A stretch of DNA of 64,000 bases from IMG/VR virus record IMGVR_UViG_3300021961_008712, positions 64,001 through 128,000 of that record; one strand, given 5' to 3'. The number at the start of each line of letters is the position of its first letter. The stretch's first letter is position 1. The position numbers and the translations under genes are program-made. This document shows positions 11,287 through 20,100 of this stretch, piece by piece. Under the pieces are notes generated by a model. That model made no database searches and had not been told where the DNA came from. It saw only the letters and a program-made list of their open reading frames with translations. Origin of the DNA: a virus.

Positions 11287-11927
11287 TTATTTCTGGACTT
11301 TTAGATAGTCTTTCTGAAAATATTATTCCTATAATCAAGAATAAGGATGTATACGTTCATACCTGGTATAACAAAGAAAATGAACGGTGGATAAACAAAC
11401 TCAATAGATTTAAAAAATACACAACCAATCTGTATATAACTGTTGATGAACCGAAGTATGAATCTAAACTCTTCTCTCATTTCTATTCTACTTGGAAAGC
11501 ATTTAATATTATTCAAGATGCTAGTAAATATAACCTGGTAGTTAAACTTAAACCTAATTTAGAGACAGAGAAGATAGAATACCAAGGTAATATAGAAGAT
11601 TACTTTTATAAAGCATACATATCTAATAGACCTTTATTAAATAACTATACATATAAAGACTGTATGTACGGCAGTATATACTATAAGACTATAGATGAAA
11701 GATTTTTTTCCGGACACCCGTTGGTATTTGAAAAAATATTTCGTATCTTAGAAGAAGAACTAGATATTAAAATGCAAAACATTAATCAGGAACTATCTAC
11801 CAAGTACGGTAACTACGAAGGAAGCCTGTTTTGGACGAAATGGTTTGATAATTTAAATATTCCTATTATTCAAGATACTGATTTAGTTCTACCTAATAAT
11901 ATACGTAGTAAATATGAAACTTACTAA
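11271..11927 (+). CDS. Hypothetical protein, possibly glycosyltransferase-related
   Basis: 218-aa ORF (AVIISGL, DVYVHTW) overlapping both neighbours. Confidence 0.4.
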   Translation: MAKAVIISGLLDSLSENIIPIIKNKDVYVHTWYNKENERWINKLNRFKKYTTNLYITVDEPKYESKLFSHFYSTWKAFNIIQDASKYNLVVKLKPNLETEKIEYQGNIEDYFYKAYISNRPLLNNYTYKDCMYGSIYYKTIDERFFSGHPLVFEKIFRILEEELDIKMQNINQELSTKYGNYEGSLFWTKWFDNLNIPIIQDTDLVLPNNIRSKYETY

Positions 11928-12408
11928 TGAAGAATGTATCCAACTAATACAACAAAGTGAATCTCATGATTGGCATAGAGTAGAAAGAATTTTAACTAAG
12001 TACTTTATTAACTACAACGTCACGTTACCAGAATCTATTATTAGTAAAGTAAAAGAGTACACAAGAAAAGAACTGAACATTGAACTTTTAAACCTCGACT
12101 TCAAAGACTCAGCATTTTTGAAATATACAAAAGGAGACGGTTTCGAAAGACATAATGATAACAGGTCAGATAATCCACAAAATGCAAATAGGGTATATAC
12201 ACTAAACATAAGATTAAATAATGAATACAAAGGTGGAATTTTCTACTTAGATGATAAACCGTACATTAAAGAGGTAGGAGAAATATATTCGTACCGTTCT
12301 ACTATGTTTCATCATGTAAGTGAGGTTTCCGAAGGAACTAGGTATTTACTTGCTCTATTTATTAGAGTAAAAGATTACGATTACGAAAAAGCAAAGCAAA
12401 TTATATAA
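11914..12408 (+). CDS. 2OG-Fe(II) oxygenase (prolyl-4-hydroxylase-like)
   Basis: HND...LNNEYKGG...HHVSEVSEGTRY: HxD...H triad plus 2OG-binding Arg. Confidence 0.8.
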   Translation: MKLTNEECIQLIQQSESHDWHRVERILTKYFINYNVTLPESIISKVKEYTRKELNIELLNLDFKDSAFLKYTKGDGFERHNDNRSDNPQNANRVYTLNIRLNNEYKGGIFYLDDKPYIKEVGEIYSYRSTMFHHVSEVSEGTRYLLALFIRVKDYDYEKAKQII

Positions 12409-12409
12409 A

Positions 12410-12664
12410 ATGGCAAACACTATTAAACTTACAGAACAAGAAATAAGTACACTAAGAAATATTTCCGACAAGTTTACTGCGATGAAAGCAGAATTTGGTA
12501 ATATTTATTTACAGGAAATTAACCTCAAAGAACGTAAAGAAAGAATAGAACTTTTCTATAAGGAATTACAACAAGCTGAGCAAAATATTGCTAAAGAGCT
12601 TCAAGATAAGTACGGTAAAGGAACAGTCAATACAGAAACTGGAGAATTTACTAGCTTAAGTTAA
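12410..12664 (+). CDS. Small coiled-coil hypothetical protein
   Basis: 84-aa ORF, heptad-rich, ending KYGKGTVNTETGEF. Confidence 0.6.
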   Translation: MANTIKLTEQEISTLRNISDKFTAMKAEFGNIYLQEINLKERKERIELFYKELQQAEQNIAKELQDKYGKGTVNTETGEFTSLS

Positions 12665-12689
12665 GAAATAAATTTATTTAGTTCTTTTA

Positions 12690-12718
12690 TAGGAAGAGGT
12701 TTCGGACCTCTTTCCCTA
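12690..12718 (+). terminator. Hairpin (probable terminator) between accessory and tail modules
   Basis: AAGAGGT-TTCGG-ACCTCTT, extendable by TAGG/CCTA. Confidence 0.55.
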
Positions 12719-12772
12719 TTTATAAATGTTGATAGAACAGTTACATAGAAAACGTTTTCGATTAACAGACGA

Positions 12773-12779
12773 TATTTAT
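12773..12779 (+). promoter_or_regulatory. Putative late promoter motif TATTTAT (also at 12717, 14566, 15813, 16107, 17140, 21455, 27357, 33019, 35798, 40521, 56496, 63735)
   Basis: Recurs in intergenic gaps, often about 20-40 nt before start codons and especially before virion genes. Confidence 0.55.
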
Positions 12780-12809
12780 TATAGAACGAATAATCTAATT
12801 TAAGATAAA

Positions 12810-14552
12810 ATGGCAGAATCTTTAATCTCCCCAGGGGTCTTATCAAGAGAGCAAGATAGATCTTTTATTGCACCAGCAGCACTAGAGGCAGGCGCAGCAT
12901 TTATTGGCCCAACAGTACTTGGACCAGTAGAAGAACCAACAGTAGTAACATCATACGGTGATTACCAAAGAAAGTTTGGTGTAACTTTTGCTTCTGGTTC
13001 TAACAAATATGAATTTTTAACTTCCCTAGCAGTTAAGTCTTACTTTGAGCAAGGCGGTAATACAGCATTGATCACCAGAGTAGTAAACGGCTCCTTCTCA
13101 GGTGCTAGTAACACTAACATTGCTGCTAATGACGGCGGAAGCGCTCCTTTTACTTTAAAAACTCTTAGCAAAGGATCACTTCTAAACAACTCTACTGGAG
13201 CTAGCGATCCTGGTTCTTTAAACAGTGACGGTTCATTAGTATCTGGTTCAGAAGACAACATTAGATGGGAGATTGCAAATGTTGACGCTAACGCAGGTAC
13301 TTTCTCTTTAATCGTAAGAAGAGGAGATGACAGTACTAAACAAAAAACTGTATTAGAATCGTTCAATGATTTGAGCCTAGATCCTAACAACGAAGGCTAC
13401 GTTGCCAGAGTAGTTGGAGATCAGTATAAAACTAAATCAACTGATGGAACTTCTACTTATATTTCTACTGTAGGTTCTTATGTTAATAGATCAAGATACA
13501 TCTATGTTAACTCAGTTGATAGACAGACAATTAACTACCTTGCAAACGATGGAGTAAACATAAGAGATAACGCTTATACTGGTTCCCTTCCAGTAGCTAG
13601 CTCAGGTTCGTTCCACGGAGCACAGGGTGATTTATATCAAGCTTCTGCACCTAATAAGCACTTTAGCGCTATTACAAACGGAAACACTCAAGGTCTTGAT
13701 GCAGCAGATTATGCAGATGCTATCTCGATCTTAACTAACCAAGATGAATATGTATTCAATATCGTATCTACTCCTGGTTTGATTTATAACTTTGGAGATC
13801 ACAAAACTCAATTAGATAGCGTAATTTCCTTAGCGTCTTCTAGAGGCGATTGTATCGCAGTAGTAGACCTTTCTCCTTACGGAAGCACAGTATCTAACGC
13901 AGCTGGACATGCTTCTACAGTAAACAGCTCTTATGCAGCTTCTTACTGGCCATGGTTACAAATGGCAAGCTCAACTGGTAAGTTAGAATTTGCTCCTGCT
14001 TCTGTAGTGATTCCTGGAGTATATGCATTTACTGATAGTGCAGCAGCACCTTGGTTTGCACCTGCTGGTTTAACAAGAGGAGGAATTCCTAACGTAATCC
14101 AAGCAGAAAGAAAACTTACAAGATCTCAAAGAGATACTCTATATGCAGCAAACGTTAACCCAATTGCTACATTCCCAGGAAGCGGTATTTCAGTATTTGG
14201 TCAGAAGACTTTACAGAAGAAGAAATCAGCTCTTGATAGAGTTAACGTAAGAAGATTATTAATTGACCTTAAGAAATTCTTAGGTGATCAAGCTAAGTCA
14301 TTAGTATTCGAACAAAATACTATTGCTACTAGAAATAGCTTCTTGGCAGCAGTTAATCCATACTTAGAATCAGTAGTACAGAGACAAGGTCTTTATGCTT
14401 ACAGAGTGGTAATGGACGATACTAATAACACAGCCGATGTAATCGATAGAAACCAATTGATAGGACAAGTATATATTCAGCCAGCTAAAACTGCAGAATT
14501 CATTACCCTTGACTTCGTAATTGAACCAACTGGAGCATCATTCGGCGCATAA
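12810..14552 (+). CDS. Contractile tail sheath protein
   Basis: SPGVLSREQD at the N-terminus; PWFAPAGLTRG, NPIATFPG, GQKTLQ, RVNVRRL, FEQN, PAKTAEFI. Confidence 0.95.
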   Translation: MAESLISPGVLSREQDRSFIAPAALEAGAAFIGPTVLGPVEEPTVVTSYGDYQRKFGVTFASGSNKYEFLTSLAVKSYFEQGGNTALITRVVNGSFSGASNTNIAANDGGSAPFTLKTLSKGSLLNNSTGASDPGSLNSDGSLVSGSEDNIRWEIANVDANAGTFSLIVRRGDDSTKQKTVLESFNDLSLDPNNEGYVARVVGDQYKTKSTDGTSTYISTVGSYVNRSRYIYVNSVDRQTINYLANDGVNIRDNAYTGSLPVASSGSFHGAQGDLYQASAPNKHFSAITNGNTQGLDAADYADAISILTNQDEYVFNIVSTPGLIYNFGDHKTQLDSVISLASSRGDCIAVVDLSPYGSTVSNAAGHASTVNSSYAASYWPWLQMASSTGKLEFAPASVVIPGVYAFTDSAAAPWFAPAGLTRGGIPNVIQAERKLTRSQRDTLYAANVNPIATFPGSGISVFGQKTLQKKKSALDRVNVRRLLIDLKKFLGDQAKSLVFEQNTIATRNSFLAAVNPYLESVVQRQGLYAYRVVMDDTNNTADVIDRNQLIGQVYIQPAKTAEFITLDFVIEPTGASFGA

Positions 14553-14589
14553 ATTTAAACTTGGATATTTATAAATAAACAACAAAGAA

Positions 14590-15075
14590 ATGGCAGTACT
14601 AGATCCTAACGAAATAATGTTTAAAGCCTTCGAACCGAAGGTACAGAACAGATTTGTCATGTATATCGATGCAATTCCATCGTTCATGATTAAAAACGTA
14701 AAAGCTCCTACTTTTACAGACAACGTAATTAAGCTTGATCATATGAACACGTATAGAAAAATACGTGGGAAGAGAGAATGGGCAGAGATGACCATGACTC
14801 TATACGATCCGATCACTCCTTCTGGAGCTCAGGCAGTAATGGAATGGGCTAGATTAGGATACGAATCAGTAACAGGTAGAGCTGGATATTCTGACTTCTA
14901 CAAAAAAGATTTAACTCTTAATATTTTAGGACCTGTAGGGGACGTTATTGGAGAGTGGATCATCAAAGGTGCATTCGTGACTAACGGTGATTTCGGTCAA
15001 TATGACTGGACATCTGATGCAGTAGTTGATTTAGCAATTACTATTAATATGGATTACTGCGTACTTAATTACTAG
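14590..15075 (+). CDS. Tail tube protein (T4 gp19-like)
   Basis: Follows the sheath gene; FEPKVQNRF, LYDPITPSGAQAVMEW, YKKD...LGPVGD..EW..KGAF. Confidence 0.9.
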   Translation: MAVLDPNEIMFKAFEPKVQNRFVMYIDAIPSFMIKNVKAPTFTDNVIKLDHMNTYRKIRGKREWAEMTMTLYDPITPSGAQAVMEWARLGYESVTGRAGYSDFYKKDLTLNILGPVGDVIGEWIIKGAFVTNGDFGQYDWTSDAVVDLAITINMDYCVLNY

Positions 15076-15101
15076 GATCAAAGTACTTAATTATAATAAA
15101 G

Positions 15102-15128
15102 AAAGCCCGCTTGTCGGGCTTTTTTTTT
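15102..15128 (+). terminator. Rho-independent terminator
   Basis: AAAGCCCG-CTTGT-CGGGCTTT followed by a long T run. Confidence 0.85.
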
Positions 15129-15131
15129 ACC

Positions 15132-15800
15132 ATGAAAATACTAATAGAAGGAGATAGCTGGGGTGTTGGCTGTTGGGCAGGTTATGATAATAAAATATAC
15201 CATCCTGGATTAACACAATACCTGAATGAAGAAGGCTACAGTGTAGATAATTGGAGCACTGGAGGGAAAAGAATCTATGAGTTACTAAATCAACCTATAA
15301 ACGAATACGACTACATTTTTGTATTTCTTCCAGACCCTTTAAGAGGTTTTGATGAAGAAGCTTTTAGATTAATTAACACGTATAGAGGAGTACTTAACAC
15401 AGTTATAGACATTCAAAAAAAATATTTTGATATTTGGAATAACTTGAATAAAAAAATTCATATCATAGGATGTGGATTTAAAGCAGAAAAAAGCATTATA
15501 CAGAATTATCAAAATTTAGAAATAGTAGTACCAAGTATGATTGAGTACTTATACCCTGACTTTATACATCCCCCACTTCAACCTGGACCGTGGGTTAACT
15601 GGATTGATAGTAGATTTAGCTTACACGATATTGATAAATTTATCTCAGGTAAAAATGAACATGAAAGAACTACTTCAAAGGAATTCAAAAAATATTTTGC
15701 TCCTGATGGGTACCATATGAACCATTTAGCACATAAACAGTTATTTGAGTATATCCAAAATAATATTTTCAATATTAAGAGAAGTTCAAGAGAAGTTTAA
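15132..15800 (+). CDS. SGNH-like protein inserted in the tail module
   Basis: Likely start is ATG 15132 (MKILIEGDSWG); C-terminal DGYHMNHLAH. Confidence 0.55.
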   Translation: MKILIEGDSWGVGCWAGYDNKIYHPGLTQYLNEEGYSVDNWSTGGKRIYELLNQPINEYDYIFVFLPDPLRGFDEEAFRLINTYRGVLNTVIDIQKKYFDIWNNLNKKIHIIGCGFKAEKSIIQNYQNLEIVVPSMIEYLYPDFIHPPLQPGPWVNWIDSRFSLHDIDKFISGKNEHERTTSKEFKKYFAPDGYHMNHLAHKQLFEYIQNNIFNIKRSSREV

Positions 15801-15837
15801 GGAAGTATTACCTATTTATTAATAGATAATATTCCAA

Positions 15838-16059
15838 ATGAAGAAAGCACTGACCACTCTGTTGCTGTTATTCGGAATGATAGCAGTAGCAAACACTACC
15901 GACCCGGTAGGAGAAAAAAACACTCGACACTGCCACTATAAAGCAGAGTATTATGCGATTAGAGCGCAATTACAAGATGGAGACATTACTATTAAAGAAG
16001 CTCAACGTAAATGGAAGAAAGCATTAAAACAACTTAAAAAAGAAGAAGAGGCTAAATAA
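15838..16059 (+). CDS. Small protein with signal-peptide-like N-terminus
   Basis: MKKALTTLLLLFGMIAVA; preceded by TATTTAT and followed by a terminator. Confidence 0.6.
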   Translation: MKKALTTLLLLFGMIAVANTTDPVGEKNTRHCHYKAEYYAIRAQLQDGDITIKEAQRKWKKALKQLKKEEEAK

Positions 16060-16072
16060 GCCTCTTTTTTTT
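16044..16072 (+). terminator. Rho-independent terminator
   Basis: AAGAGGCT-AAATA-AGCCTCTT followed by a T run. Confidence 0.8.
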
Positions 16073-16081
16073 AAAATATAG

Positions 16082-16111
16082 TTGCTTAAAAAAATAAAAG
16101 TTCATATATTT
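16082..16111 (+). promoter_or_regulatory. Promoter TTG-N20-TATATTT
   Basis: Conserved motif and spacing. Confidence 0.55.
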
Positions 16112-16141
16112 ATATATAAACTAGTTTACAATTAAATATTT

Positions 16142-16882
16142 ATGGAACCAAAATTTAAAATTCCTACTGAAACGGTAGATCTACCTTCCAAGGGAAAACT
16201 TTACCCTGAAGGACATCCCCTCAAGAGCGGTACTATCGAAATGAAGTACATGACAGCTAAAGAAGAGGATATTCTTACAAATCAAAACTTTATACAGAAA
16301 GGTATAGTTATTGATAAACTACTTCAATCACTTATTGTCACCAAATTTGATTATAATGATCTATTGATTGGTGATAAGAATGCTCTAATGGTCGCAGCAA
16401 GAATTCTTTCTTACGGAAAGGATTACGAATTTGAGTATAAAGGACAGAAGGTAGTAGCAGACTTATCTGAAATAAAAGATAAAGAACTAGATTTTTCTAC
16501 AATTAGTGAGGGACAGCAAGAATTTACTTTTAATTTACCTAAAAGCGGTAATGAAGTAACATTTAAGCTCCTTACTCATGGTGATGATAGAAAAATTGAT
16601 AGAGAAGTAGAAGGACTTAAAAAGATTAGCAGAGATAACGATACTTCCATGTCTACCAGACTTAAATATATTATTACTTCAGTAAATGGAGACAGAGAGC
16701 AATCTACTGTTAGACAGTTTGTCGACCAAGGACTCTTAGCACAAGACGCTAGAGCTCTTAGAGAGGAATATACCAGAGTACAGCCAGATGTTGAATTTAA
16801 AGTGTACCATGTAGACGAAAACGGTGTAGGGGAGGACATCGATGTGCCGGTCACAGTCAACTTTTTTTGGCCTGACGCCTAA
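16142..16882 (+). CDS. Tail assembly chaperone / T4 gp26-like baseplate hub assembly protein
   Basis: VDLPSKG..YP, MTAKEEDIL, C-terminal FFWPDA; located between the tube and tape measure genes. Confidence 0.7.
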   Translation: MEPKFKIPTETVDLPSKGKLYPEGHPLKSGTIEMKYMTAKEEDILTNQNFIQKGIVIDKLLQSLIVTKFDYNDLLIGDKNALMVAARILSYGKDYEFEYKGQKVVADLSEIKDKELDFSTISEGQQEFTFNLPKSGNEVTFKLLTHGDDRKIDREVEGLKKISRDNDTSMSTRLKYIITSVNGDREQSTVRQFVDQGLLAQDARALREEYTRVQPDVEFKVYHVDENGVGEDIDVPVTVNFFWPDA

Positions 16883-17126
16883 CGAGGCAGCTGAGTATAG
16901 AGCAGGGCTCTTCTCTCAGATACACGAAATTGTTTTTCATGGTAAAGGCGGCTATGATTTCGGAACCGTGTATAACATGCCAATATGGTTACGAAGATTA
17001 ACCTTTAAGAGAATAGCTGAATTCTATGAAGATCAGAACAAACAGAATAAAGCTCCTTCATCTTCCAATGAAATAGCAAGAGGACCAAATATATCTCCGT
17101 CCTATAGTACAAAGGCTTCTAAATAA
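16842..17126 (+). CDS. Overlapping second tail-chaperone ORF, probably reached by frameshift
   Basis: +1 frame relative to the upstream gene; the overlap contains a T7 run; YNMPIWLR motif typical of small pre-tape-measure ORFs. Confidence 0.6.
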   Translation: MCRSQSTFFGLTPNEAAEYRAGLFSQIHEIVFHGKGGYDFGTVYNMPIWLRRLTFKRIAEFYEDQNKQNKAPSSSNEIARGPNISPSYSTKASK

Positions 17127-17166
17127 TAGAGGCCTTTACTATTTATAAGAAATAAGACTACTTACC

Positions 17167-20100
17167 ATGGCTGACGAATTTGATATTCCTTCTGGTGACG
17201 CTGCAGGATCTAAAGCTAGAAAAAAGCAATTAGACGACCTGAGAAAGAGTGCGGTCGATGCTCAAGCAGAGATAAAAACTCTAGCCCAAGAATTTAAGGA
17301 ACTAGAAAAAAGCGCTAAAGAAATAGGAGTAAAGCAGTATGTAACTTCTGCGGAAGTAGGCAAGGTATCTAAATTACAAGATGCAATGTCTAAAATGACT
17401 GTTGATACGCTTAAATCTGCATCAGCCCGTAAATCCTTTATGAATGATATCGTTAAAGCAGAACAAGAAGAAGCTGCTTTAATGCAAAAAAGAAAAGCTA
17501 TAGGTCTTGAAATTTCTAAGCTTGAACAAGATGCAGCTAGAAAAGAACAGGAAGCTAGAAATATTATTAAAGAAGCTACTAAAGAGTATCAAGAGGCTTT
17601 AGAGAAAGGAAATAAAAAAGCGATAACATCAGCAGAACAAAAACTTAAAGCTGCTGAAGCACAGGCTAAATATGCTCAATTAGATATTGCAGATAGTAAA
17701 ACAGCAATATCAAACCTCAAAGGTCAAGCTCACTTAGTTGATGAAAGAGTTAAACATCAAAAGGAGAGTATAGAAAAAGCTAAGGAGTTTCACAAAGAAA
17801 TAGATAAAATAAATAAAGCTGGAGGTAAGACCCTACAGGCATTTGCTAAGTTAGGTGAAACGCTTTCGTCAACTTTACCTATACTTGGCGGTGCGTTCAA
17901 TACATTATTTGGTTCACTAGGTAAGGCAGCTGAAATGTATCAAACTGCAGCAGCACAAGGTACAAGTAAATTAGGAGCCGGACTTAAAGCTGCTACTGGA
18001 ATGGTAAAATTACTTTCAGTAGCAATGGCAACAGGCTTTATTAAATTACTATTTGATGGAGCAAAGCTTGCTAGTGAAATAGGGGTAGAGGTAAGAAAGG
18101 GACTAGGAGGTGGAATGATTGATGCCGGAAAATCAATTGCAGCGGTTGGTCAAGCAGCTGGTGCACTTAGTATTCCAATTCAACAAGCAGCTGCTTTCGT
18201 AGGTCAAATGAACGACGCCTTAGGAACCTCAGCTGGATTTTCAGGAAAGATTTTAACTACCTTTGGTACTCTTACTACCAAAATGGGGGTATCTGCCGAA
18301 GCAGCAGCTAATCTATACGGTATGGCTGCTAAGTCAAATCAAGAGTTTGGCGAAATGGTCGAACTTATTGGAGGTACTACTGAAAAATTAAATGCTTCTA
18401 ACAAAGCAGCAATCGCTCCCAAAGCAGTATTCGAAGAGATGGGCAAACTATCTCAAGAAATACTTTTTAACAACAGTAAAAACCCTAACGCGTTAATTAA
18501 AGCAGCATACGGTGCAAGATTAATGGGTATGGAATTAAATAGGGTTGCAGAAGCAGCTGAATCTACTTTAGATTTTGAAGGTTCACTTCAAAAAGAAATG
18601 GAAGCTGAGTTAATTCTAGGAAAACAGTTAAATTTAGATAGATACCGCGCAGCGGCCGCTACTGGAGATACTGTAACTGCTCAAAAAGAATTGTCTAAAG
18701 CTATTGCGGAAAATAAAGATAAATTAAAAGGAAACGTACAGGCACAGAAATTATTTGCTGAGGCTTACGGCGTTTCCAAAGAAGAAGTAGCCAAAGCTGT
18801 CAATATGACAGAAAAGCAACAAAAAATCGCTAAACAAGACGCAGCAAGAAAAGAAGCTAATGACAAGGCTGCTAAAATGAGAGCAGAAGATCTTGGAAAA
18901 GCCCAATTAAAAGTATACCAGACTGTAGCTAAGCTATCTGACAGAATCCAAGCATTTCAAGATGCGATGGCGTTAGGAGCTAAGGCATTTTTTGATGATT
19001 TAAAAGCTGCATTTGATCCTAAAAATATCGGAGCATCTATAGGGAGAATTAAAGACCTAATTGTTAAAACCTTTAGAGATGCATTTAAAGGAGCTAATAA
19101 AGGTATATTAGCTAATGGAGGTATATTAGGTAAACTTTTAGGTGCAGGAGCGATAGCAGGCGGAACGATTACTCTTGGAATTAAAGGACTTAGCGCTTTA
19201 GGCGGTATGTTCAGTAAGATGAGAGGTACTAGAATGATGCCTATGTGGGTTAAAAACGTAGGTGATAAAGCTGCTGGTATGCTCGGCGGCCTGTTTGGTA
19301 GAAAAAAACCACCTCCATTACCAGGAGCCGCCAAAACAACAGGTATGTTTGCTGGTGTTCTTGGGAAGTTTAGTAAAGTAGGAGATAAGTTTGGTAAAGT
19401 AGGAGATACTTTAAAAGATAAACTACTAGGAAAAAAGATAGGAGGACAGTTTATAAAAGGCGGCGGAAGAGCCGCTGCAGGCGCTCGAGCAGGATTTTTT
19501 GGAAAAGGAGGTTTAGGAGCAGGCGCCGCTGGTTTAGGTGCAGGTATAAAACAAAGGCTGGGAGATTCTGTTGGAGGATTGAAAGATAAGCTAAAGGGCG
19601 GCGTTGGTGGTCTATTCGGCGGTAAAAAGAAAGGAGATAAAACTCAAGAAGCAGCAGCAAGTGGAGGAGGAGACGGTAAGTCTGTTATGCCACCAGGAGT
19701 AGATGATAAGAGCGGTGGAATCCTTAAAGGCTTTGCTATGGGGTTAAAAGCATTCGGGTCGGGTGCTGCCCAAATTCTGATAGGTGCAGCTGTATTAGGC
19801 GGTGTTATCATAACATTAGCAGCAGCAATTGGAATTGGCGGATTAATATTAGCCTCCATGATGCCTAAAATCGTCAAAGGAATGAAACCTATTGAAGAAA
19901 TTGATGCTGCTAAAATGACTAAGGGAGGTTTATCCTTAGTTGCTGTTGGAGCTGGTTTTGCTGCTTTAGGAGTTGGTATGGCAGCAATGGCAGTTGGAGG
20001 TTTATTCGGCGCAATTGGAGGTTTATTCGGCGGCGGAGGAGGTCTTGATGAAGAGACCATGAGTAAAATTGAAGATTTTGAAAAGTATAATTTAGATGAT

